Source: Candidatus Micrarchaeia archaeon | GTDB taxonomy: Archaea > Micrarchaeota > Micrarchaeia > Micrarchaeales > CABMGC01 | NCBI GenBank assembly: GCA_049976845.1 | Contig: JBMFHL010000001.1 | Coordinates: forward strand, 3,773 to 67,772 | DNA length: 64,000 bases | Direction: 5' to 3' | The notes under the pieces: model-generated | Told to the model about the DNA's origin: nothing | Database searches by the model: none | Seen by the model: the letters and a program-made list of their open reading frames with translations, nothing else | Made by a program: the position numbers and the translations under genes | Part shown: positions 9,855 to 18,177 of the stretch, piece by piece | How positions within the stretch are numbered: the stretch's first letter is position 1 | How the letters are laid out: each line of letters starts with the position of its first letter

Positions 9855-9965
9855 CCCGTTGTAGCTCAATGGCTAGAGCGGCCGGCTGTAGTTTGGAAGC
9901 TTTTGATTTGTAGAAGTTGTCAAAAGGATACCGGCAGGTTGGGTGTTCGACTCACCCCAACGGGA
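9855..9965 (+). tRNA. tRNA-Tyr (GTA) with a 38-nt intron at the canonical 37/38 position (intron 9892..9929)
   Basis: Hand-folded cloverleaf:
- Acceptor stem CCCGTTG/CAACGGG, giving C1:G72, the archaeal Tyr identity pair.
- D stem GCTC/GAGC.
- Anticodon stem GCCGG/CCGGC.
- Anticodon loop CT-GTA-G|intron|A.
- T arm GGGTG-TTCGACT-CACCC.
- Discriminator A.
- No CCA is encoded. Confidence 0.85.
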
Positions 9966-9980
9966 ATTTATGGTGATTAT

Positions 9981-10253
9981 GTGTTTGTTGTATTGTTAGG
10001 CTACTTTGCCGGCACACTTACTACTATGGCAGTGTTGCCCGAGATCTTCAGGCTTAGGAAAACAAAAAGAGCTGGAGAGCTTTCATATGCATGGCTTTCG
10101 ATTGTATTTATAGGCCTTATCTCTTGGTCCATTTATGGATTTTTTATAAACAGCATGCCTTTAATTGTGCTTAGCTTATTACAATCCCTGCTTTATTTTA
10201 TACTTATAGCAATGAAAGCTTCATATACTAAGGGATTTAAATCTCAGCGCTAA
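9981..10253 (+). CDS. SemiSWEET / PQ-loop family sugar transporter (3-TM)
   Basis: LGYFAGTLTTMAVLPEIFRLRKTKRAGELS...WSIYGFFINSMPLIV aligns with the SemiSWEET pattern (TT.SFLPQ....K.TKST..IS...W..YG......PI). The ORF-track start at 9903 lies inside tRNA-Tyr, so I place the start at the in-frame GTG at 9981. ATG 10026 is an alternative. Confidence 0.75.
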   Translation: MFVVLLGYFAGTLTTMAVLPEIFRLRKTKRAGELSYAWLSIVFIGLISWSIYGFFINSMPLIVLSLLQSLLYFILIAMKASYTKGFKSQR

Positions 10254-10265
10254 ATATAATTGGAT

Positions 10266-10338
10266 GCCTCGGTAGTGTAGTGGTCCAGCATACGAGCCTG
10301 TCACGCTTGTGACCCGGGTTCGAATCCCGGCCGAGGCG
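10266..10338 (+). tRNA. tRNA-Asp (GTC)
   Basis: Acceptor stem GCCTCGG/CCGAGGC, anticodon stem-loop CGAGC-CTGTCAC-GCTTG, T arm CCGGG-TTCGAAT-CCCGG, discriminator G. Confidence 0.95.
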
Positions 10339-10442
10339 CTTTCCTATTAATTTCCCTACAGCATAGGTAAAAGAGCGCAAGTTTTTGTTATTAGCAAAAA
10401 TATTTAAGAATCCAACTTGCCAACTATTAATCACGTGGTTTC

Positions 10443-11198
10443 ATGAAACAATCTGAAGTATCAAAACTATTTGAAGAGAGATGGAATGAGCCTTGGAAGC
10501 TCAGGGAAGCGAGGGCAAATGCACTTAAAAGAAGTGGAGGCAAAATAGTTGAACTTCTCGCGAGCACGCCTCTTCCCACAGAGTATGGTTATTGGACATA
10601 CATGGTCTTTGGCGACTATACGACAGGGGAATTTCATACTGCAATTGTATACGGAGATGCCAGAAAGAGCATTAAAAAGGAAGGAATGCTTTTGAGAGTG
10701 CATTCCTCTTGCGCAACAAGCGAGCTTTTTCACGCAACAAACTGCGAATGCAGGGAAGAGCTTGAGGAGGCGCTGAAAAGGATAAGAAAAAACGGAAAAG
10801 GCTTGGTAATATACATGAACCAGGAAGGTGCTGGCAACGGCATAACGCCAAAAATAATGGCTTATTCCAAATCGCTTGTGTGGAAGAATGGCAAAATTGT
10901 CGAGGCAAAAGGTAAGCATGGCAAGGTCGTCAGTGTATATGATGGCTACAAAATGCTTGGCTATCCTCCTGAAAACAGGTCTCTTATCGCAGCTGCCGAG
11001 ATATTGAAGATACTAGGGATAAAATCAGTTGTGCTTATGACAAATAATCCGAAGAAGATTGAGGAGCTTGAGAAATATGGCATAAGCGTAAAGCCAATGG
11101 GCATACACATAAAACCTAAAAACAAAATTGTAAGGGAGCACCTCAGGGCTAAGGCTGAGATGCTAGGGCATAGGATAAGCGAGAAGGACATTGAGTGA
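10443..11198 (+). CDS. ribA: GTP cyclohydrolase II (RibA)
   Basis: LPTEYGYW...AIVYGD...LLRVHSSCATSELFHATNCEC reproduces the RibA zinc-site spacing (C, then CxC 10 residues later). Also present are QEG.G.GI..KI.AY, an ENR equivalent of the catalytic DER, and the C-terminal LMTNNPKK...GI.V motif. There is an extra N-terminal stretch of about 40 aa and an internal insertion. Confidence 0.8.
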   Translation: MKQSEVSKLFEERWNEPWKLREARANALKRSGGKIVELLASTPLPTEYGYWTYMVFGDYTTGEFHTAIVYGDARKSIKKEGMLLRVHSSCATSELFHATNCECREELEEALKRIRKNGKGLVIYMNQEGAGNGITPKIMAYSKSLVWKNGKIVEAKGKHGKVVSVYDGYKMLGYPPENRSLIAAAEILKILGIKSVVLMTNNPKKIEELEKYGISVKPMGIHIKPKNKIVREHLRAKAEMLGHRISEKDIE

Positions 11199-11335
11199 AC
11201 ATCTAGCTGAGGATTGAGTTTATATAATTACTGCTATGCATTCTCTAATTTTACTTGTTTTTCAGTTTTAACCTTGACTACCTTATTTTTTCAATAGGAT
11301 TTAAATCTTTGAGTTGCTACTTTTAACTGATAGTC

Positions 11336-11794
11336 ATGTATTCGGATACAAGATCGCTTATAGTAAGCGATGTAATGAGTAAGCCCGTGATAACTGCTAA
11401 CGGCAAGGATAGTATAAAGAGTATAGCCAACAAGATGAAAAGATATGATGTTAGCTCTATTGTGATAGTTGATAAGCAGAACAAGCCGATAGGTATAGTA
11501 ACAGAAGGAGACATCGTTAAAAGAATACTATCTAGGAAGAGGAACCTGCTTTTCGTAAAAGCTTCACATGTTATGAGCAAGCCTGTCGTAAGCGTCAAAA
11601 AGGACCTCTCGCTTGAAGCTGCTGCCAAGATGATGGTTAGCAAGAAGATAAAGAAGCTGTGTGTTGTTGGAGACGACGGCGTATTAACAGGGATAATAAG
11701 CGAAGGGGACATAGTAAAAAATGCAAGCTATCTTATAGACGTGCTCAAAGAGATTATTGAAACTGGTTACATAGAAAGGAAGGACGAAGGCTAA
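11336..11794 (+). CDS. CBS-domain pair protein
   Basis: Two CBS repeats are present (VMSKPVITANG...IGIVTEGDIVKRI and VMSKPVVSVKK...LTGIISEGDIVKN). Confidence 0.8.
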   Translation: MYSDTRSLIVSDVMSKPVITANGKDSIKSIANKMKRYDVSSIVIVDKQNKPIGIVTEGDIVKRILSRKRNLLFVKASHVMSKPVVSVKKDLSLEAAAKMMVSKKIKKLCVVGDDGVLTGIISEGDIVKNASYLIDVLKEIIETGYIERKDEG

Positions 11795-11823
11795 TTTTTC
11801 TGGTTCTGTGTTAATTTTAATTG

Positions 11824-12129
11824 CTAAGACATATCTATACTTTCTTCAGGATATCCGAGCGACAGCAAGGCTTTCTTTACCTCCTCTTTGTGCATCCCCT
11901 GCAGCTCTATAACCCCATTTTTATAGGTGCCTCCGCATGCAAGCATGCTCTTGAGTGACTTGGCAGTATTTTCAAGTTCGTCGCCTGAGAGGCCTGATAC
12001 CATTGTCATGTATTTCCTAAATTTCTTCTTCTCTATGTATACCCTTATCTTCTTCGATGTTTCCCTTTCCAATACATCGCATACACATAGTTCTTTAGGT
12101 AATCCGCATTTGGGACATATTTCTGACAT
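11824..12129 (-). CDS. Translation initiation factor aIF1 (SUI1)
   Basis: An N-terminal zinc knuckle (CPKCGLPKELCVC) is followed by a SUI1 fold (IRVYIEKKKFRKYMTMVSGL...LACGGT...IELQG). The gene sits at the end of the ribosomal operon. Confidence 0.9.
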   Translation of the reverse strand: MSEICPKCGLPKELCVCDVLERETSKKIRVYIEKKKFRKYMTMVSGLSGDELENTAKSLKSMLACGGTYKNGVIELQGMHKEEVKKALLSLGYPEESIDMS

Positions 12130-12335
12130 TAAAGTTTGACACCTCTCTCTTTGAGCAGCGTTAGTATTTGTGCAATGGTGCGCCTCAACTCCCTTGCCTT
12201 GACCTTCTTGCTTGAAACGCCTGTTGAAGCAATCTTTCTTTTCTCTATGTTAAGATCTAGTTTAACCTCTCCAAGCCTTGCCTTCAATGCCTCATTGGAT
12301 AGCGCTTTAAGATCTTTTATTTTCATTAGCATCAC
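12129..12335 (-). CDS. rpl29: 50S ribosomal protein uL29
   Basis: A 68-aa protein with the sequence LKALSNEALKARLGEVKLDL...ELRRTIAQILTLL. It occupies the operon position after uS3. Confidence 0.85.
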   Translation of the reverse strand: MMLMKIKDLKALSNEALKARLGEVKLDLNIEKRKIASTGVSSKKVKARELRRTIAQILTLLKERGVKL

Positions 12336-12342
12336 TCATTTA

Positions 12343-12969
12343 TTATTTGGCTGCAGCTATGCTCTTAGGCAGAGCCACTTCCTTTATTTCTCTGTCAGGG
12401 AAGACTGTGCCAGGCTGGACAATCCTTACCTTTATACCTATAGCACCATATTTTGGATATGCTGTCAGGTGGACTTCGTCTACGAAAGCCGTGACACCGC
12501 CTGCCTTTGGCAGATAGCCATGCCTCACCTTTATTGAACGCGCCTTTGCGCCTTTTGCGGCAAGCTTGCCTGCCACTATAATCTCGGCACCCAGTGCGCC
12601 GTTTGCTATCAAGTCCCTCAATATTGAATGAAGCAGACTTCTTGGATTTGCACCCCTCTCTAGTGAATTGGCTATATACCTTGCAATTATCCTTGGCTCT
12701 AATTTAGGATTCTTTACTTCTGCAACGCTTATTTGCGGATTGTCTATGTGAAACTTTGTCTTTAGGCTGTCGGTAAGTGCATTGATTGTTTGGCCACCGC
12801 TGCCTATGACCCTGCCAGGATTTGTCACATATACTGTTATTCTTGTTATCATTGGTGTTTTTTGAATATCTACTCTGGAGAAGCCTGCCCTTGTGAGCTC
12901 CTTCTCAAGGTATTCAGATATTCTCAGTTTTATCAACGCGTCACTGATAAATTTTCTTTCTACTACCAT
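12343..12969 (-). CDS. rps3: 30S ribosomal protein uS3
   Basis: KH-domain sequence (GRVIGSGGQTINALTD) and the conserved C-terminal half. Operon context supports the call. Confidence 0.95.
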   Translation of the reverse strand: MVVERKFISDALIKLRISEYLEKELTRAGFSRVDIQKTPMITRITVYVTNPGRVIGSGGQTINALTDSLKTKFHIDNPQISVAEVKNPKLEPRIIARYIANSLERGANPRSLLHSILRDLIANGALGAEIIVAGKLAAKGAKARSIKVRHGYLPKAGGVTAFVDEVHLTAYPKYGAIGIKVRIVQPGTVFPDREIKEVALPKSIAAAK

Positions 12970-12974
12970 AAATA

Positions 12975-13622
12975 TTACACCTTTGCCTTTGCCTGCACTT
13001 TTGTTTCTGCCACTCCTTCTTTTGCCGCTGGCTTGCTTGTTGTCTTGCTTTTATTCTTAGGCATTTCTTTTTGCACTGTTGCCTTTTGCTTGTGGTCCTT
13101 TGCTTTTATGAAGTATTTCATATTCCTTGTCAGCCACTGCTCATCCTTATTGGCAAGTCCTATTTCTATTTTAGCATATTCTAAATCGCTGTGGAGTATT
13201 GCTGATCTTCCATATCTTCCGCGCCCCCATGCCAATGACCCTTTTGATGGATACCTTCTTTCTATGTGCGTTTTGTTTGCAGTGGCATGGACTATATACA
13301 TTTCTTCTCCAGACATGCCTTTGTTGTTGGCGTTTGCAATCGCATTTATCAGTGTAAGCCTTACCTGCTTTGCTGCCCTCACAGGGTATGCACCTTTCCT
13401 TCCATGAAGCTCATGCCTAAGTCCCATGCCCTTGTTATGCCTTTTGTATTCTATTGGGATTTCCTTTGCTATGACACGATCGAGCAAATCAAGCGCCTTT
13501 ATTGAATTCATATATCTTATCTCGCCGCATATTGCCGATAGGTCCTTATGGCTGGCATTTATCTCGTATTTCTGTGCCATTACAGGGTTTGCGCCTTTTA
13601 TGTTAAATGAGTATTTCATCAC
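12975..13622 (-). CDS. rpl22: 50S ribosomal protein uL22 with a Lys/Ala-rich C-terminal extension
   Basis: The uL22 core is present (GRKGAYPVRAAKQVRLTLINAIANA...IVHATANK). The last roughly 60 aa (KDHKQKATVQKEMPKNKSKTTSKPAAKEGVAETKVQAKAKV) lie beyond the usual archaeal length. Confidence 0.9.
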   Translation of the reverse strand: MMKYSFNIKGANPVMAQKYEINASHKDLSAICGEIRYMNSIKALDLLDRVIAKEIPIEYKRHNKGMGLRHELHGRKGAYPVRAAKQVRLTLINAIANANNKGMSGEEMYIVHATANKTHIERRYPSKGSLAWGRGRYGRSAILHSDLEYAKIEIGLANKDEQWLTRNMKYFIKAKDHKQKATVQKEMPKNKSKTTSKPAAKEGVAETKVQAKAKV

Positions 13623-14011
13623 TTCACCGATAGGAACTTGCTTCCACGTGTAGCCCTTATTCCTGGGGCAGAATGCAATACACGCTTTGATGTAAATATG
13701 AATTCGCCAAGCCTGTGTGAGAGCATTTCAGGGGTTATTTCCAGCTCCTTAAATTCCTTGCCGTTATAAACTGCAAACTTCATGCCTACCCAAGATGGAA
13801 TTATTACGGCACTCCTTATATGCGTTCTGATTACTTTGCCATTGCCAAGCTTCTGCGCTTTTTCGACTTTTTTTATGAGGCTTTTTTCTCTTATGCTCAT
13901 TCTCTCAAGCGTTCTCCTCTGCCTTGACTTGAGAAGCTTTGAAAAACTCTCCAAGTCCATTGATTTCAATTCTTCTATTGTTTTGCCTCTAAATGTAAAT
14001 GTTCGTGCCAT
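13619..14011 (-). CDS. rps19: 30S ribosomal protein uS19
   Basis: The sequence VIRTHIRSAVIIPSWVGMKFAVYNGKEF...GHRLGEF is present, with a 4-nt overlap with rpl22. Confidence 0.95.
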   Translation of the reverse strand: MARTFTFRGKTIEELKSMDLESFSKLLKSRQRRTLERMSIREKSLIKKVEKAQKLGNGKVIRTHIRSAVIIPSWVGMKFAVYNGKEFKELEITPEMLSHRLGEFIFTSKRVLHSAPGIRATRGSKFLSVK

Positions 14012-14013
14012 CT

Positions 14014-14730
14014 TTAACCCCTCTTCTTCCTTCCTACACGCCTTGCTGCTATGTGGCCGACTTTTGCTCCTGGAGGTGCGCCTCTTGCAACCATGCTTGA
14101 TGCGCCTTTATGGTGCTGCTTCCCTCCAAACGGATGATCCACAGGATTCATCTTTACACCCCTGTTTACAGGCCATTTCGCGTTTATTGCGTGCTTTATG
14201 TAGAAGTTCTTGCCTGCCTTCATTATAGGCTGCATCTCCATGCCGCCTCCTGAAACAATCCCTATCTCAGCCCTGCAGTTGGGGTTGAGCTCTATTGCTT
14301 TTTTTGAAGGCATAAGGACTGTTACTTTGTCGATTGAGTGAGAAACTAATAAACCGTTGGCACCGGCTGCACGCACAAGCTTGCCGCCATCGCCTGGCGT
14401 TGACTCTATATTGTATATTGGAATTCCGTCAGGTATCTTTGAAAGTGGAACGACATTTCCAAGCGAGATTTTTGCATCAGACCCTTCTTCTATCTTATCC
14501 CCTATTTTTATGCCCTCTGGAGCTATAAGCATTGATTCGCTTCTATCATCATAGCGCACTAGCATTAATGGTGCAGTGTGCCCTGGATCATCTATGAAGT
14601 CTATTACCTCGCCGCTTATCTTGCTGGCTTGGCTAGATTTATATGCCACATCCGCTTTGAATGTGTTTGGTGGCTTTCGGAAGACATTGCTCCCTTTTCC
14701 ACGCCTTTGCTGTATCAGCTTCTTTCCCAA
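14014..14730 (-). CDS. rpl2: 50S ribosomal protein uL2
   Basis: The sequence GGGMEMQPIMKAGKNF...WPVNRGVKMNPVDHPFGGKQHH is present. Confidence 0.97.
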   Translation of the reverse strand: MGKKLIQQRRGKGSNVFRKPPNTFKADVAYKSSQASKISGEVIDFIDDPGHTAPLMLVRYDDRSESMLIAPEGIKIGDKIEEGSDAKISLGNVVPLSKIPDGIPIYNIESTPGDGGKLVRAAGANGLLVSHSIDKVTVLMPSKKAIELNPNCRAEIGIVSGGGMEMQPIMKAGKNFYIKHAINAKWPVNRGVKMNPVDHPFGGKQHHKGASSMVARGAPPGAKVGHIAARRVGRKKRG

Positions 14731-14740
14731 TCTCTCACCA

Positions 14741-14989
14741 TTATACCAACTTGAGCTTCAAAGCTATGTCGCTTGCCTTGTACCCCTTGCTGAGTTTTAT
14801 GTACGCTTTTTTCCTGTTTCTTGTTTCTCTTACTGTTGACACTTTGACTACTTTAACGTTAAAAGTTTTTTCGAATTCTTCCTTTATTTCTTTCTTCAGA
14901 GACCTCATGTCCACAATATATGTTATAATATTATCTCTCTCCACCATGTTTATTGCTTTTTCTGTTGCTATTGGGTATATTAATGCCAT
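14741..14989 (-). CDS. rpl23: 50S ribosomal protein uL23
   Basis: The sequence is MALIYPIATEKAINMVERDNIITYIVD...KKAYIKL. I chose ATG 14989, which lies 4 nt after the rpl4 stop. The ORF-track start at 15031 would overlap rpl4. Confidence 0.85.
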   Translation of the reverse strand: MALIYPIATEKAINMVERDNIITYIVDMRSLKKEIKEEFEKTFNVKVVKVSTVRETRNRKKAYIKLSKGYKASDIALKLKLV

Positions 14990-14993
14990 TTTC

Positions 14994-15794
14994 TTACCCC
15001 TTGATCCTCGCACTTGATACTGCTTCTGCAAGTTGCTTTACCGCACTTTCTGTCCAGATTACTATTCTCGGCTTCGCCGCAGGGGCCAATGCCTCCACGC
15101 TCATCTCCTTCACGTTGCAGAAATCTACGCCAGGTATATTCCTAGCTGACCTACTTATACCTTTGTCCTCTGCTGCAACGACAAGTATGCTCTTTCTGAA
15201 ATGGCGCAATTTTGAATTTCTTCTAAGCCCTTTCTTTATCTTTGGATCGTGAGATCTCTCGATATCTTCGCCGAGCTTCAGCTTTTCTATAAATGAAGCA
15301 AAATCCTTTGTCTTCGATATCTGTTCAATCTTATCTTCTACTATTATTGGCAACTTTATGCTTAGTACATGGCTTGCTTTTACAAGCTGCTCGTTAGAGG
15401 TGCCGGCTATTGCAGAAGCAAGCGCCTTCCTGTATTCTTTAAGATTTATCATTTCTTTTATTATTTTCTCAACTTTGTGAGGGTGCGCCCTCTTACCTTT
15501 CACGCTGGAAGGAATTCTCCTTACATCGCCCATTGCTCCGCCACCTAGCTTCTGCCTTGGCCTTATTGCTATACCCATGTGCCTTCCTGATCTATATGCA
15601 CCCATCCTTCCTACATATGTTGCTGTTGTCTGCATACCTGCCAAGGGAAAATGACCCTGTGATTGGTACTTTGTGCTCTGTTCTGCAAGAAGAGCTCTTT
15701 TCACTAAATCCTGTCTAAATTCTCCTTCGAAAATATTGGGCACTTCGACTTTTTTGAGAACCTCGCCATTAATCTGATAAATATTTGCTTCCAT
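14994..15794 (-). CDS. rpl4: 50S ribosomal protein uL4
   Basis: The sequence SQGHFPLAGMQTTATYVGRMGAYRSGRHMGIAIRPRQKLGGG is present. Operon order supports the call. Confidence 0.9.
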   Translation of the reverse strand: MEANIYQINGEVLKKVEVPNIFEGEFRQDLVKRALLAEQSTKYQSQGHFPLAGMQTTATYVGRMGAYRSGRHMGIAIRPRQKLGGGAMGDVRRIPSSVKGKRAHPHKVEKIIKEMINLKEYRKALASAIAGTSNEQLVKASHVLSIKLPIIVEDKIEQISKTKDFASFIEKLKLGEDIERSHDPKIKKGLRRNSKLRHFRKSILVVAAEDKGISRSARNIPGVDFCNVKEMSVEALAPAAKPRIVIWTESAVKQLAEAVSSARIKG

Positions 15795-15797
15795 CTA

Positions 15798-16763
15798 TTA
15801 TGCACCTTGCTTTGAAGCTGTTGATATGTAGAGAACCTTAGGGGCTTTTGCCTCCCTCTTGTTTCTCAATGCTTTCCTTATCCTTACAAGCCTTTTTGCA
15901 GGGCCTGGTATTGATCCATCAACTACAACAAAATCATTTTTTACTATACCATAATTTATAAAGCCTCCTTTGATGTTTACGCTCTTTGCTTCCGCAGCTG
16001 AGCCTACTTTTATTACGCGCTTGTTTATCTCTGTCCTATAATTGTAGCCCATGTGACCTGCTCGCGGCACCGTATACATGACCTTTGGAGGATGCCAGGG
16101 TCCAAGTGTACCTACATGCCTCACCTTTTGGGTTGCTTTCCTCATCTGTCTTGCAACTCCAAACCTTTTTATTACACCGGCCCAACCTTTACCTTTGTAG
16201 ATGCTCGTCACATCTATGTATTCGCCGTCTTTCAGTATATCGCTAACCTTTATTTCCTTGCCAACATATTTTTCAGCTGATTCTAGCTTTTTGGCTACTG
16301 AATCTCCCCCCACTGGCAGCTCAAACCTCATAATCCTCTTATTCCCGAAACCAAGATTTGAAGGATCTGAGAAAAGAAGGAGTGAAACGTCGCTGAATCT
16401 GCTAAGGTCTTTCTTCTCAGCTTCTAGCTTTTCAAGTGTGTTCTTGCTTTCTTTTATGCCAACCTTGGCAGACAGCTCTTTTGAATACAAATCAATGCTT
16501 GGCTCTTTGTAAGTTTCTTTCTTGTAAAATCTTATTCCGTACACAAACATCTTTGGCAGCTCCAATATTGTGACTGCCCTTGTAACTTCTGTCCCTTTTG
16601 AAGGCGATTCCGAATCGTCTATAAGTGATATGTGCGTCATGCCGGCCTTAAATGCAACTAACCCGAGCGGCAAAGGCTCCGCTGTTTTAGGCCAGCTTCT
16701 TACGCGTGGCATTTGCTTTACGGCTCTTCTGTGGGGCCAAAATTCAAGAGATCCTCTTCTCAT
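15798..16763 (-). CDS. rpl3: 50S ribosomal protein uL3
   Basis: The sequences RRGSLEFWPHRRA, FKAGMTHI and KGKGWAGVIKRFG are present. This is the first gene of the operon. Confidence 0.95.
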   Translation of the reverse strand: MRRGSLEFWPHRRAVKQMPRVRSWPKTAEPLPLGLVAFKAGMTHISLIDDSESPSKGTEVTRAVTILELPKMFVYGIRFYKKETYKEPSIDLYSKELSAKVGIKESKNTLEKLEAEKKDLSRFSDVSLLLFSDPSNLGFGNKRIMRFELPVGGDSVAKKLESAEKYVGKEIKVSDILKDGEYIDVTSIYKGKGWAGVIKRFGVARQMRKATQKVRHVGTLGPWHPPKVMYTVPRAGHMGYNYRTEINKRVIKVGSAAEAKSVNIKGGFINYGIVKNDFVVVDGSIPGPAKRLVRIRKALRNKREAKAPKVLYISTASKQGA

Positions 16764-16945
16764 AATATCAGCAGCATTTAATTCTATTGCTTCTCCTCAT
16801 TAAAGGTATCGACCTGGAACAGGAAGAAGTACTTAATTTATGTCGTGGTTATATTTATATTATTATCGTTGCTTTTCTTATTAGTGGAATAAGGCATATT
16901 AAATAATATTCTTTGCGTTTAGTGGCTCCTCTGTCAGTTGTGCTA

Positions 16946-17200
16946 TCAGAATATTCGTTGCTTCTCTTTTTCGCTAATTAAGGCGCTCGTGTTGCTTATT
17001 ATGCGGAGCTGCTTAGCCACGCTGTTTAGAGATGCCATGAGGGAGTGCGCGTCCTTTGCACTTATTCTTATTACCAGTGAATTGCCTGACTTCTTTATTT
17101 CTGTTCTGCTGCGCTCGTGGCTTTGCGGCTTGTCCATTATCTTTATGTACTCTTTCGGCTCTTTTGCCGATCCCATGTCAATCTTCATGTATATATTCAT
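16946..17200 (-). CDS. pcc1: KEOPS subunit Pcc1-like
   Basis: An 84-aa protein. The segment LVIRISAKDAHSLMASLNSVAKQLRII matches the Pcc1 pattern (ILDIKATDSSALRGTVNSYLRWI). Confidence 0.6.
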   Translation of the reverse strand: MNIYMKIDMGSAKEPKEYIKIMDKPQSHERSRTEIKKSGNSLVIRISAKDAHSLMASLNSVAKQLRIISNTSALISEKEKQRIF

Positions 17201-17513
17201 CTTCGCGCCTTGACGACCTATCTATTATAAAGTTATTATTATAAAGGCGCCATGGCCCTTTGTAACCCGGCGAGCCTTTTGAATATGCTGACAATTCTTC
17301 TACTATCGCATTGCTTTCTGCAGAGCTGTATTTTATTTCAGTTATGAAGGCTTTTATTTGCTCTTCATCTCCTTCAGCAAAGACTTCGACGCTGCCATTT
17401 TTGAGGTTTCTTACCAAGCCTTTTATGCTGAACTTCTTTGCCTTGCCCCTTACAAAATACCTATATCCTACGCCCTGTACTCTGCCTTTTATTATTATGG
17501 TTGCTTTTGCCAT
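17178..17513 (-). CDS. acyP: Acylphosphatase
   Basis: The sequence IIKGRVQGVGYRYFVRGKAKKFSIKGLVRNLKNGSVEV carries the acylphosphatase signatures. Confidence 0.85.
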   Translation of the reverse strand: MAKATIIIKGRVQGVGYRYFVRGKAKKFSIKGLVRNLKNGSVEVFAEGDEEQIKAFITEIKYSSAESNAIVEELSAYSKGSPGYKGPWRLYNNNFIIDRSSRREDEYIHED

Positions 17514-17520
17514 TCGAAGC

Positions 17521-18084
17521 TTACCTTATGTTTGATCTAACACTAGGCCTGTTTTTATTTGTTCCGAATCCCTTATCTGCAATGCCCCTATGCTTCTTCC
17601 CAGAACTAGTTAAGCCACGATACACGCGGCCCTTCTGATTTATTAATGCCGCATAGCCCTTATCATTCATTATAGATGGACTTGTTCTGTCGAGGAGTAT
17701 TGTTTCATAAAATGCGTACTCGCCATCCTCTCCGACATAATAAGAATTAAGTACTTCGCAATTTGAAAATTTCCTGCTTGCCCTTTCCTCTGCCATTGAT
17801 TGAAGAGATTTGCTGTATGCAAAAAACCTGGCATTCTTTGAAGGCTTTCTTCCTCCGAGAGGTTTCTCTCTCTTCCTTAGCCCTTTTCTTATCTTAACCC
17901 TCGCTACTATTACTCCTTGCTTTGCTTTATATCCGAGCTCCCTGGCTCTTACGATATTCATCGGCTTTGCTACCCTAACCACACTGCCTTCTTTCCTCCA
18001 ATTCATTATCCTGCTTTTTTGAAGCTCACTCCTTTCTTTGTACGTATTTTGGAAGGACTCTCGTATATACTTACTCATTCCCAT
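17521..18084 (-). CDS. rpl15e: 50S ribosomal protein eL15
   Basis: The sequence is MGMSKYIRESFQ...WRKEGSVVRVAKP...GYKAKQGVIVARVKIRKG. I place the start at ATG 18084, which has GGTG upstream. The ORF-track start at 18171 adds a non-homologous leader. Confidence 0.9.
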   Translation of the reverse strand: MGMSKYIRESFQNTYKERSELQKSRIMNWRKEGSVVRVAKPMNIVRARELGYKAKQGVIVARVKIRKGLRKREKPLGGRKPSKNARFFAYSKSLQSMAEERASRKFSNCEVLNSYYVGEDGEYAFYETILLDRTSPSIMNDKGYAALINQKGRVYRGLTSSGKKHRGIADKGFGTNKNRPSVRSNIR

Positions 18085-18177
18085 TTTAAACACCAGAAGC
18101 AAAAGGAAACAGATTATAGTTTGACTAGGAAAATATTTAATACATTGTGTTTCCAGGGAGCTATGCCGCACTTGCAG

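Noticed and set aside
9903-9980. The N-terminal 26 codons of the 116-aa track ORF (MICRSCQKDTGRLGVRLTPTG...).
   Set aside because: This part is the tRNA-Tyr intron and 3' half read as protein. The real SemiSWEET homology begins after the tRNA.
10237-10434. A 65-aa minus-strand ORF. Analogous ORFs are at 27716..27904, 37479..37685 and 40020..40208.
   Set aside because: Each is the translation of a tRNA gene (Asp, Glu, Gly, iMet) and its flanks. GC-rich tRNA sequence keeps frames open in an AT-rich genome.
12790-14228. Long plus-strand ORFs (205 aa and 148 aa) antisense to rps3, rpl22 and rps19.
   Set aside because: They overlap universally conserved ribosomal protein genes. The products are Cys/Phe/Leu-rich nonsense with no recognisable domain.
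14990-15031. An extended uL23 start (MQKQYQVRGSRGKK...). The extended eL15 start at 18085..18171 is similar.
   Set aside because: The extensions overlap the upstream gene (rpl4) or add hydrophobic non-homologous residues. Conserved N-termini and GGTG or short-spacer signals support the internal ATGs.
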